The position numbers and the translations under genes were made by a program. A stretch of 64,000 nucleotides of DNA, from NCBI GenBank assembly GCA_034520885.1, contig JAXHNE010000009.1, positions 130,431 through 194,430 of the forward strand, in the 5' to 3' direction. The notes beneath the pieces were generated by a model, which did not search any database, was not told where the DNA came from, and worked only from the letters and a program-made list of their open reading frames with translations. Within the stretch, counting starts at the first letter, position 1. Each line of letters starts with the position of its first letter. Positions 44,028 to 54,000 of this stretch are shown here, in pieces. This DNA is from Candidatus Saccharimonadota bacterium (GTDB taxonomy: Bacteria > Patescibacteriota > Saccharimonadia > Saccharimonadales > JAXHNE01).

Positions 44028-44050
44028 CACCCACGTTATGTGGGTGTTTT
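44028..44050 (+). terminator. Terminator after tRNA-Glu
   Basis: CACCCAC-GTTAT-GTGGGTG followed by TTTT. Confidence 0.6.
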
Positions 44051-44146
44051 GCGTGGTGACGGACCCCAAGAGCAAGCCAAATGTTTGACCCCCACCCCCA
44101 CCCTAGACTAAAATCATAAGCAGTAAATAGGGATCAAAAACGAAAA

Positions 44147-45256
44147 ATGCCCAGACTACCAGTACCTGGAGGCGACACCGGCAATTGGGGAGATATCCTC
44201 AATGACTATCTTTCGGTTTCCCTGGCTTCTAACGGCTCCCTAAAACCCGGCATCCCCCAATCCAAAATAACCAACCTAACGGACGACATTGCCGACAAAT
44301 ACACCAAGCCAAGTTCCGGCATACCCAAGTCCGATCTAACCAGTGATGTACAAACCAGCCTGGACAGCGCTGATTCGGCTTTGCAGCCTGGAGGCGGCTC
44401 TCCCGCAGCGAATGAGTACGCCCGGTTCACCGGCGCCGACACGGTCGAAGGCCGTTCGGCCGCGCAGGTACGGTCCGACCTAAATATCGAGGACGGCGCG
44501 ACCGCCGATCAAACCAACGCCGAGATCGAAACCGCCTACAACGCCCAGGTGTCGGCAGCGTCACAGGCCGAAGCCGAAGCCGGAACGGAGACAGCAGACC
44601 GCCGCTGGTCACCGCTGCGAGTTCGGGAGGCGGCTGCATCGTACACCGATGACGAGGTCGCCGCTCTGCCCGCGCTCGAAAACAGCGACGACATCAATGT
44701 CGACGACTCGGTCCCGACAACCCTGACCCTGGCCACCAAGCGAGCGCCCCGGGTGTTCGCTGGCACGTCCGCCTACCTGCTGTCGACGTTCAACGACGAC
44801 GCCACCGAGACGACGCTGCTCAACTCCACCGCCGACATTCCGGCCAACACACTGTCGCTGGGGGATCTGGTGCGGATCACCGCCATCGGCACCGTTACTA
44901 ACAACACCGGCTCGAACCGGGACGTCACCCTGCGGATCAAGCTGGAGGGCACGACCCTGCTCACCTTCGCTTTCACCAGCCTGGCGACGAGCGCCAACGG
45001 CCGGACGTGGACGATCGACGCCATAGGCACCATCTACACGTTATTTGGCGACGGCTATTCGGTCGGCGCGAAAGGCTTGCTCGGTGCGGCGGGCGGCGGT
45101 GTTGTCGACACGAACCTTCTGGTTGCGGGCAACCAGACTATCGACCGCGGGAACGAACTTAACTTCGACATTACCGCCCAGCATTCGTTCGCCTCGACCG
45201 ACCTAACGACGACGCTGCGTGGCTTCACCGTCGAGCAGCTCCCCACGCCGGCATGA
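44147..45256 (+). CDS. Phage tail-fibre-like protein (high-GC block)
   Basis: 369 aa. The N-terminus MPRLPVPGGDTGNWGDILNDYL and repeats of the type SKITNLTDDIADKY / IPKSDLTSDVQTSL / TNAEIETAYNAQV / RRWSPLRV resemble phage tail-fibre and minor-tail proteins. GC rises from ~54% in the first 250 nt to the mid-60s afterwards. Confidence 0.5.
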   Translation: MPRLPVPGGDTGNWGDILNDYLSVSLASNGSLKPGIPQSKITNLTDDIADKYTKPSSGIPKSDLTSDVQTSLDSADSALQPGGGSPAANEYARFTGADTVEGRSAAQVRSDLNIEDGATADQTNAEIETAYNAQVSAASQAEAEAGTETADRRWSPLRVREAAASYTDDEVAALPALENSDDINVDDSVPTTLTLATKRAPRVFAGTSAYLLSTFNDDATETTLLNSTADIPANTLSLGDLVRITAIGTVTNNTGSNRDVTLRIKLEGTTLLTFAFTSLATSANGRTWTIDAIGTIYTLFGDGYSVGAKGLLGAAGGGVVDTNLLVAGNQTIDRGNELNFDITAQHSFASTDLTTTLRGFTVEQLPTPA

Positions 45257-45882
45257 GTGCGGTAGCGGCTCGTGCGCCCGGCTCGCTGACCGTCGTCGTA
45301 TTCGAGGGCCAGAGCCTCAACCTGCGGTCGTCGATGCTGTTCGGGGTCGACCCGTGGCCGTACCGGCTCATGGCCGGTCGGGGCCTGCCGTGGGCGACCG
45401 TCGCCCTGGACAACGCGTCGTGGACCGACCTGCTCACCGGCACCGACGCCGCAGCCGGCCAGCCGTCCAGCACCCGGCTCCACCCGATCGCCCAGGTGTC
45501 CTCCGCTGCCAAGAAAATCCTCGTCCTGTGCGGCGGCCAGACCGACCTCAACGGCGAAGGGGACAGTGGAACCCAGGTCTTCGCCGACCTCGTCGCCAAT
45601 GCCCAGGCGGCCCGCACCGCCGGCTTCACTCACGTGATCGCCACCACCATCCCCGGCTCATCGACCTACGATAGCGGGGAGGAAATCGCCCGGAATGACC
45701 ACAACACGCTCCTTCTCGCCGACGCGGGTGGCGACTTCGACGGGGTTGTCGACCTCACCGTCACGAGCCTCGATACCCACAACGACACCGACTTCTGGGA
45801 CGTGATTCACCTCAGCGCGATCGGTGCCGACAAGCTCGCTGACGCCGCTGACCCTGTTCTCGACACCGTCCTCGCCGCATGA
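45253..45882 (+). CDS. SGNH/GDSL-type esterase (sialate-O-acetylesterase-like)
   Basis: 209 aa. The block I variant VVFEGQSLNL (GQS in place of GDS), a GG block LVLCGGQTDL, and the C-terminal D..H block DVIHLS. ATGA overlap with the upstream gene. Confidence 0.5.
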   Translation: MSAVAARAPGSLTVVVFEGQSLNLRSSMLFGVDPWPYRLMAGRGLPWATVALDNASWTDLLTGTDAAAGQPSSTRLHPIAQVSSAAKKILVLCGGQTDLNGEGDSGTQVFADLVANAQAARTAGFTHVIATTIPGSSTYDSGEEIARNDHNTLLLADAGGDFDGVVDLTVTSLDTHNDTDFWDVIHLSAIGADKLADAADPVLDTVLAA

Positions 45883-46111
45883 TCGCCCGCCTCGTCTGTC
45901 CACTCGACCTTCACGACCGCTACCACTACTACGTTGAGAACCCCTAAGACGCGGCGGGCACGCGAAGCTTTTTCGTCAGAAAAACATTCGTGAGTCGAAT
46001 TCCTCCCAGGGAAGTCTTTCGGTTTGCGGGTTGAATTTCCCCGTATCGCCGACTCTCCGTCTTGACACTTCCCCTAACTGGTATAATGGAGTCAGTAACG
46101 AAGGAGGATGT

Positions 46112-46420
46112 ATGTTTAAAGTACGAGACGCGCTTATCGGGCTGATTAATTTGGTTGTGGTGGCCAGTTGGTCGCTTTTGGGGCTCAGGTTCATTTTACG
46201 ACTGTTTTCGGCCAACGAGGCCAACGGGTTCGTAGAATGGGTGTATCGAACTTCCGGAGAAGTACTGGCACCATTTCGGGGGATTTTCCCGGATTCACAG
46301 CTAGAGGGCTTTACGTTCGACTTCACGGCGCTATTCGCCATGATGGTGTACGGCTTAATCGCGCTGCTTGCCATCTACTTGGTAAACCTTCTCTCGCCGG
46401 TATCCCCAAAGAAGAGATAA
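46112..46420 (+). CDS. yggT: YggT-family membrane protein
   Basis: 102 aa from MFKVRD, preceded by AAGGAGG and TGGTATAAT (46079-46087). The pattern LRFILRLFSAN...FV.WVY..S..LL.PFRGIFP is YggT-like. Confidence 0.7.
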   Translation: MFKVRDALIGLINLVVVASWSLLGLRFILRLFSANEANGFVEWVYRTSGEVLAPFRGIFPDSQLEGFTFDFTALFAMMVYGLIALLAIYLVNLLSPVSPKKR

Positions 46421-46645
46421 TCTTCCACGATTTTCGCAAGGAAATGCTTGCGCTTATCTGATATACCGCTACACTAAAACGGTAATGGCTAGAACTCATT
46501 TCAAAGCCCACTTTCTATTACAAAGCGCGGCTGGAGCGCTGGATTGTCGCTTTGTTTCGCGGCGCATGTTTAAATGCGCCTTGTCGCAAGAACAACAATC
46601 CCCCGTCACCAGGACGCACTTTTCACGAACGAAAAGGACTTTAAT

Positions 46646-48082
46646 ATGAGTTCTGTGACACGTAAAGCGCCCGACGTGGCGATCGAAGATTTCAAACGTA
46701 CCAAGATTATCGCCACCACCGGACCGGCGAGCGATTCGTACGAGCTTATAAAAGAACTGATCGTTGCCGGAGCGAACGGACTGCGCCTTAACTTTAGCCA
46801 TGGCGATCACGAGGAGCATCTACAGCGAATTACCCGGATACGCCGGGCCTCCAAAGAACTGAGTAAGCCGGTGGCTATCATCCAGGATTTACAGGGGCCG
46901 AAGATTCGCTTGGGCGACTTTGAGGGCATTATTAACGTAAAGGCCGGGCAAAGCTTGCAATTGGCCTATAACGTAGCTTACGAGGAAAACGGGCCGGTGC
47001 CCGTGCAGTACGATATTTCCAAAAAAGTAAAGCGCGGCGAGCGCCTATTTATATTCGACGGCAAAGTGCGCACCACGGTCACCAGCGTAAAAAACGGCGT
47101 GGTGCATGCCCGCGTGGAAAATGACGGAATATTAATCAAACGCAAAGGCATTAATTTGCCCGATACGGATTTTGAGGGCGATATTCTGACCAAAAAAGAC
47201 AAACAAGACGTGGTTTTCGGCGTAAAACACGAAGTCGACTTTATGGCGCTCAGCTTCGTGCAAACGCCCGACGACATTAGAAAGCTGCGGCATATCTTGC
47301 GCAACCAAGGAGCCAAAACCAAAATCATTGCCAAAATTGAGACCAACGCGGCCATTGAAAACCTGGAACCCATAATTCAGGAGGCGGACGCGGTGATGGT
47401 CGCTCGCGGCGACTTGGCAATTGAAACTTCGCCGGAATCCGTGCCCGTGGTACAGCGTAAGATCATCGGCCTGGGCTTGCGTTATGGAAAACCGTCCATC
47501 GTGGCCACGCAAATGCTCGCGAGTATGTCGGAATTTCCCGAGCCGACACGTGCCGAGGTGTCCGACGTAGCTACCGCGGCAATCGTCGGGGCGGACGCTA
47601 CTATGCTCTCCGAAGAAACCGCCGCCGGAAAGTATCCGGTGGAAGCGGTACGCACCATGAAAAAGGTGATTTTGTACGCCCAATCCAACGCGCCCTTACA
47701 GGTATTATTCCCGCAGTTCAACGACAATACCCGCCAAAACGCCATCTCCCAGGCGATTATTACGCTCGCGGATAACGTGGCGGCCAAAGCCATCGTCGCC
47801 GAAACCAAGTCCGGAGCAACCGCCATTAACATCAGCTCACGCCGTGTCGGTCTTCCGATTATCGCGGTCACCCCGGATAATCGTGTGGCCCAAGCGTTGG
47901 CCATCGTGTACGGCGTAAAAAGCTACATCCGGCCGGATGATCCCCGCGCGGCGACAAAACTCACGAACTGGTTGCACAAGAACAAACTTTTTAAAAAGGG
48001 CGATATGGTGATCACGGCCTCCGGGCAGTATCCCGGAGTGGTGGGAACGACTGATACAATAAAAGTACGCGTAATACGGTAG
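46646..48082 (+). CDS. pyk: Pyruvate kinase
   Basis: Start at MSSVTRK. TKIIATTGPAS, LRLNFSHGDHEEH, MVARGDLAIE and LSEETAAGKYP. Confidence 0.92.
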   Translation: MSSVTRKAPDVAIEDFKRTKIIATTGPASDSYELIKELIVAGANGLRLNFSHGDHEEHLQRITRIRRASKELSKPVAIIQDLQGPKIRLGDFEGIINVKAGQSLQLAYNVAYEENGPVPVQYDISKKVKRGERLFIFDGKVRTTVTSVKNGVVHARVENDGILIKRKGINLPDTDFEGDILTKKDKQDVVFGVKHEVDFMALSFVQTPDDIRKLRHILRNQGAKTKIIAKIETNAAIENLEPIIQEADAVMVARGDLAIETSPESVPVVQRKIIGLGLRYGKPSIVATQMLASMSEFPEPTRAEVSDVATAAIVGADATMLSEETAAGKYPVEAVRTMKKVILYAQSNAPLQVLFPQFNDNTRQNAISQAIITLADNVAAKAIVAETKSGATAINISSRRVGLPIIAVTPDNRVAQALAIVYGVKSYIRPDDPRAATKLTNWLHKNKLFKKGDMVITASGQYPGVVGTTDTIKVRVIR

Positions 48083-48096
48083 GAGCGTAAAAAGCG

Positions 48097-49389
48097 GTGG
48101 GATTTCACAAAAAAACAATCAAAGACATCGATCTTTCGGGCAAAACCGTTTTGCTGCGTGCCGATTACAACGTTCCGCTGGAGGGCGGAAAAATTACCAG
48201 CGATTATCGTATTGAGCAATCACTTGCTACGGTAAAATACTTGATAGAACAAAACTGCAAGGTGGTGATTTGCTCCCACTTGGGGCGGCCGAAAGATGCC
48301 AATGATTCGCAGTACTCCCTGAAACCCGTTGCCAAGCGCCTGGGGGAATTACTCGGGCAAGATGTGCAATTTTTGGAAGCGTGTGTCGGCGACACGGTAA
48401 AACGCGCGGTAAAAGAGCTGGAGCACGGAAGCGTATTGCTACTGGAAAATCTTCGTTTTCACCCGGAAGAAGAAGCCAACGATGAAGCGTTCGGCAAGCA
48501 ATTGGTGGAATGGGCGGACGTGTTCGTACAAGACGCGTTCGGGGTAGTGCACCGCGCCCACGCTTCAACTGACGTTGCCGCACAAAACTCCTTTGGCGTG
48601 GCGGGGTTATTATTGGAAAACGAGATCAAAACGATTACGTCGGCCATTGAAACGCCCCAAAGGCCACTAGTGACAATTATCGGCGGGGCGAAAATTAGTG
48701 ACAAAATTGGAATTTTGAAGCGTTTCGTGGAAATAGCCGACGTCGTGGCGGTAGGCGGAGCCATGGCCAATACCTTTTTATTGGCCAAAGGCATTGATGT
48801 TGGAGAAAGCATGGTGGAAGAGGACGACGTGGACATCGCCAAAGAAATTATGGAACGCGCCAAAGAGCGTTCCGCGAAGGAGGACTTCGTATTTTACGTG
48901 CCGCAAGACGGGGTGGTCGCCCGCGAAATTGACGCCAAAACTAAAACCCGCATCGTGGATTGGGACGCGCACGTGATTGCCGATATTGAAAGTTACCCCA
49001 AGCGGGTAAGTAAAAGCTCCACGACCATCGAAAACGGCGAAATGATTTTGGATATCGGTCCGTTTTCCGGGGCGTTCATTGCCGGCTGTTTGCAATTGGC
49101 GGAAACGGTCATTTGGAACGGTGGCATGGGGATTACCGAACAAAAAGGCTTACAGGGGCCGATCGGGCCGTTCGCTCACGGAACGGACTTAATCATGGAC
49201 GCCATGCTCGGCGTGCACGGCAATAAACCTTACACCTTGGTAGGCGGCGGCGATACGGTCGGGTTCGTGGAATCCGAAGGCCTGTTAAAAAGCTTCGGCC
49301 ACGTGTCTACCGGCGGCGGAGCGAGTTTGGAGCTAATGAGCGGAAAATTGCTGCCGGGCGTGGAAGCTCTCGAAGATAAAGACGGATAA
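48097..49389 (+). CDS. pgk: Phosphoglycerate kinase
   Basis: 430 aa with a GTG start. VLLRADYNVPL, SHLGRPK, IIGGAKISDKI and STGGGASLE. Confidence 0.95.
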   Translation: MGFHKKTIKDIDLSGKTVLLRADYNVPLEGGKITSDYRIEQSLATVKYLIEQNCKVVICSHLGRPKDANDSQYSLKPVAKRLGELLGQDVQFLEACVGDTVKRAVKELEHGSVLLLENLRFHPEEEANDEAFGKQLVEWADVFVQDAFGVVHRAHASTDVAAQNSFGVAGLLLENEIKTITSAIETPQRPLVTIIGGAKISDKIGILKRFVEIADVVAVGGAMANTFLLAKGIDVGESMVEEDDVDIAKEIMERAKERSAKEDFVFYVPQDGVVAREIDAKTKTRIVDWDAHVIADIESYPKRVSKSSTTIENGEMILDIGPFSGAFIAGCLQLAETVIWNGGMGITEQKGLQGPIGPFAHGTDLIMDAMLGVHGNKPYTLVGGGDTVGFVESEGLLKSFGHVSTGGGASLELMSGKLLPGVEALEDKDG

Positions 49390-49494
49390 ATGGTATACTA
49401 AACGTAAGCATTATGAGTACCGTTAGAAATTACATAAAACAGAGATCAGCGCAGCTTCGAAATACTCACTTTATAGCAGAGGATTTTTAGCTAT

Positions 49495-50286
49495 ATGCGT
49501 AAAAAAATAATTGTCGGTAACTGGAAAATGCATCTGAATACGTCACAGGCGAGTTTACTTTTGCATCGCCTGCACGAACGTATCAAAATTCACCGTGACG
49601 TCGAAGTAGTGTTGGCGCCCAATACGTTAGTTTTACAACCGCTGTCCATGCAACTTGATCGCCGTAAATTCCGGCTGGCGGCTCAAAACGCCCACTATAA
49701 AGACGAAGGCGCCTACACCGGTGAGGTCAGTTTTACCATGTTACGTGACTTGGTGCATTACGTCATAATCGGCCATTCCGAACGCCGGCATATCTTCGGC
49801 GAATCCTTGGATACGGTACGTGATAAAGTAGCGGCTTGCGTGCGCAACGACATATCACCGATCGTTTGTGTCGGCGAAACCAAAACCGAACGCCTGGACG
49901 GTGAAACCAAGCAGGTCATTCACGACCAAGTAACTACCGCGTTGAGCGGTCTTACCTCAGAGGACATCAAACGCACCGTGATCGCCTACGAACCGGTATG
50001 GGCGATAAGTAGCGGCGGAGATTACAAAAACCATGAGGTCGCCAAACCGGATGACGTACAAAAAATTACCGGGCAAATTCGGGATATCGTAGCTGATCTG
50101 TACGGGAAAAAGGCTTCCGAAACCGTGCGCTTACTGTACGGAGGAAGCTCGAATGCCGAAAATGCACGGTCGTATCTGGAAGTCGAAGGAATCGACGGAT
50201 TGCTTCCGGGAGGAGCCAGCTTGGATTACCACGCTTTTTCCAGTATGGTAGCCACGGCATTCAGCATGACTCACGAAAGAGAGTAG
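49495..50286 (+). CDS. tpiA: Triosephosphate isomerase
   Basis: 263 aa. VGNWKMH, IIGHSERR, AYEPVWAI and YGGS. Confidence 0.92.
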   Translation: MRKKIIVGNWKMHLNTSQASLLLHRLHERIKIHRDVEVVLAPNTLVLQPLSMQLDRRKFRLAAQNAHYKDEGAYTGEVSFTMLRDLVHYVIIGHSERRHIFGESLDTVRDKVAACVRNDISPIVCVGETKTERLDGETKQVIHDQVTTALSGLTSEDIKRTVIAYEPVWAISSGGDYKNHEVAKPDDVQKITGQIRDIVADLYGKKASETVRLLYGGSSNAENARSYLEVEGIDGLLPGGASLDYHAFSSMVATAFSMTHERE

Positions 50287-50287
50287 T

Positions 50288-50983
50288 ATGGCGGACGAGA
50301 GTAAAAACACCGAAAAGAAAAAAATCGTTGATGACGTCACCAAACCCGGGGAAACACCGGCGAACGCTACTTCCCGTCCGGTTATCGTGAAGCATCGTTC
50401 GGTTATGAAAGATCCGATGATGGCCGAGCCGAACCCTTCACAAATGGACGAAAAAGAGGGGTCTTCGGCCGACAAAACCGACAAAACCGAGGAAGACAAA
50501 GACGACCCCGTGAGCCGAAAAGCACCCAAGCTGCAGCCGAGTCCCGATGTAAGTGCCACCGAGAAATCCGATACTCCCGAGGAAAACGAAAACGAAAACG
50601 AAAACGAAAAAGAAAAAGAAAACGAAAACGAAAAAGCCTCCTCCCCACAAGAAAAACCGCCGGAAGACAAAGAAGCGCCGACGGAAGACAATGGTCGGGA
50701 AACCGGAGAAAATAATAGTGGAACCGGTGCGGTGGACGTATTGGCCAGTGAAGCCGTAAAAGGCAAAAAAGATAGTAAAGAGCAGCGTGAAAAACGGGAA
50801 GCGATTGAAAAACACATCGAGGAAAAAACCTATTTCGCCCCGATCGGGCGGATCAGCAAACGCCGCGCAAAAATCCGCATTATTTTGTTCATTCTGTTTT
50901 TAATAGCGTTAGCCGGAGGCTATTTGGCAATTGACGCCGAAGTAATAGATCTCGGTATAGAGTTGCCGCTAGATATACTGTAG
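50288..50983 (+). CDS. Acidic low-complexity protein with a C-terminal TM anchor
   Basis: 231 aa. It contains the ENENENENEKEKENENEK run, encoded by nine GAAAA(C/A) hexamers at 50582-50635, and a TM helix IILFILFLIALAGGYLAI. Confidence 0.5.
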   Translation: MADESKNTEKKKIVDDVTKPGETPANATSRPVIVKHRSVMKDPMMAEPNPSQMDEKEGSSADKTDKTEEDKDDPVSRKAPKLQPSPDVSATEKSDTPEENENENENEKEKENENEKASSPQEKPPEDKEAPTEDNGRETGENNSGTGAVDVLASEAVKGKKDSKEQREKREAIEKHIEEKTYFAPIGRISKRRAKIRIILFILFLIALAGGYLAIDAEVIDLGIELPLDIL

Positions 50984-51057
50984 ATATTTGATAGTTCATA
51001 AAAAAGATAAATTTTACGTCAGGCCTTAAGCGCATAAGCCTGCTAAAATAGTCCAAA

Positions 51058-54000
51058 GTGCTAAGCGGTTTATACGAAGATTTAAACGATGAACAGCGGA
51101 GGGCGGTTGAAACAACCGAAGGTCCTTTGCTGATTCAAGCCGGTGCCGGATCCGGTAAAACCAAAACATTGACCCACCGGATCGCCCACATTATCGCCAG
51201 TAAAAAGGCCACTCCGCATAATATTTTAGCGGTTACTTTTACCAACAAAGCGGCCGGTGAAATGCGTGAGCGAGTGGCGCTACTGCTTGGCGAAAACCCC
51301 AATAATCGTTCGTTCATGCCCTACATGGGCACCTTTCACGGCATCTGCGTTCGTTTGCTCCGCCAGGACGGTGAATACGTCGGCGTCCCCAAAAATTTCG
51401 TTATATTTGACGAGACTGACCGCCGTTCGGCAATAAAACAGGTAAGTAAACAATTGCATATCGACGAAAAAGCCTTTCCGCCGCGGAGTTTGTCGCACGT
51501 GATTAGCGGCGCCAAAAACGAGATGCTCGGCCCGCGGGAATTTAGCGGTTCGGCGAACTCCCCGACCCAGAAAACCGCGGCTCAGGTGTACCCGGCCTAC
51601 GAGAAGCTGTTGAAAGATAACGGCGCCCTGGATTTTGACGATTTGATCGCCAAGACGGTCGGCCTTTTGCAAAATAATCAGACCATTAGGGAAAAATGGC
51701 AGCGGCAGTTCGCTTACGTCATGATCGACGAATACCAAGACACCAACGCCGCGCAGTATAACCTGGCAAGACTATTGACAAACCAAAATAATAATATTGC
51801 TGTAGTAGGAGACGACTGGCAATGCTTACCCGCGGGCAGTTTAGTAGAGACCGGGGATGGCGGTAAAAAAATAGAGAACGTAAAAGCCGGGGACGTAGTG
51901 AAGTCCGCCAGTGGCTACGGAAAGTCGTCAAAGTTTAAGGTGAACAAGCTTCGGTCTTTCGACTTTAAGGGTGATTTGGTAAGAATTAAAACCGAATCTG
52001 GAAAAGTGCTTACCGCTACACCGAACCACATTATGTTTTCGAGGTGGGGGGTGACAGAAAAATACTACGTTTACCTGATGTATAAAAAAGATAAAGGTTA
52101 TCGTATAGGGCTAGTAAAAGGTAGTAGGTTTGATGGCAAAAAACACGACGTTGGACTTAGGGTCAGAGCCAACCAAGAGCGAGCCGAACGAATGTGGGTG
52201 CTGAAAGTATGCGATTCTCAAGAGGAAGGGGCTTATCACGAAGCACTCCTTGCTTATAAATACGGCATACCGATGCTGGTCTTTCACGCGTATCCGAATC
52301 GGGCGATGAAACTGGGCCAACAATATATTGATAAGCTATTTAAGCGGATAGATACTGAAGATAGAGCCAAAGCGCTTTTTAATGATCAGGGACTATCGTT
52401 TGAATATCCGCACTTTGCGCCTCAGGCCACTTCAAGAGGCGACATTCAAAGAATTAATCTTAATGTTGTCTTGTTCGGCGATAAGCGGGTTACCGTACGA
52501 AGCCCGTGGTCAGCCAGCAGACTGTCCGCTAACACCACGAACCCGGAAGACCTAACGGTATTAAAAGAAGCGGGTGTAACGGTGCGAAGCGCTAAGGCCG
52601 GCACATTCCGCGCGGAAGTCCATAATTTAGATTACGGTAAAATTGAAAATATTTCGCAGTCCATAGCGGCAAACGGTCAAAATGAGCTACAAGTTGTTAA
52701 ATCGGCATTCATGACCAACAGTAAGTTTATGTTTTTGCCGGCCGGGCAGTTGCATCCTGACATGTTGTTGCCAGTCGTCTCCAAAGATAAAGTCGTTGAA
52801 GACAAAATAGTGAGCGTTGAAAAGGTTAAACACAACGGTAAGGTATATGATCTGGATATCGACAAAGTCCACAACTATTCAGCGAATGGGGTAATAGTTC
52901 ATAACTCCATTTATTCGTGGAGGGGGGCTGATTTTCGTAACATTTTAAATTTCGAGCGTGACTACCCGCGGGTTACTACTATAAAACTGGAGCAAAATTA
53001 TCGCAGTACTAAGGCCATCCTGGACGCCGCGCACTCGTTGATTCGCAAAAACCAACAACGTTCCCAGAAAAAATTGTGGACGGACGGGCATTCCGGGCAG
53101 CCGGTCAAAGTAATCGAGGCCTACAACGAACGGGCCGAAGCCGAGCTAATAACGACACGCATCTATCAAGCGCAACAACTCGGCGCCTCTCAGTACGGAG
53201 ATTATGCGGTGTTGTATCGCACCAATGCGCAAAGCCGCTCCATAGAGGAAATGTTCGTTCGCTATGGCATACCGTACCGTGTGGTCGGCGGGGTAAAATT
53301 TTATGACCGTAAAGAAATCAAGGACATTTTGGCTTACCTGAGAGTGATTTATCAGCCGGAAGACCGGGTAAGTTTCGAGCGTATCGTCAATACGCCCACG
53401 CGCGGTATCGGCGCCAAATCGGTGAGCGTTTTCATGGATTACATCAACGTTAGCGGAGTGACATTACGGCAGGCCTTGCAGGACGTTGGCTCACTGGAAC
53501 TTCCCACCAAGGCCAAAAAATCCTTTACCGAACTGGCGGATATTATTCTGAGTTTTCGTGAGGCTATGGACGATATGCCTTTGCCGGAATTACTGGAGTC
53601 TTTACTGCGGCGAATCAACTACCTGGACTTTATCGATGATGGCAGCGCGCAAGGTGAATCGCGCAAAGAAAACGTGCAAGAGTTGCTCAGTGTGGCTCAG
53701 CAGTATCAAGACGTCGGGCTGGCCGGATTTTTGGAAGAAGTTTCTTTGATTAGCGATCTTGATAGTTTGGATCAAAACGGCAATGCGGTGACCCTCATGA
53801 CGCTCCATGCCGCTAAAGGCCTGGAGTTCCCGGTAGTTTTTATGGCCGGGATGGAAGAGTCGTTGTTTCCGCACTCCCGAGCCCTGTACGATCAGTCCGA
53901 AATGGAAGAAGAACGGCGTTTATGCTACGTCGGCATGACCCGCGCCAAACGAGAACTATACTTATTACACACCGCCAGCCGTATGCTGTACGGCGGCGTG

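Noticed and set aside
44206-45903. Alternative-frame and antisense ORFs in the tail-fibre/SGNH block (for example 45055-45633 minus, 45219-45674 plus)
   Set aside because: The same high-GC artefact. Their translations are Arg/Pro/Gly-rich nonsense, typical of out-of-frame reading.
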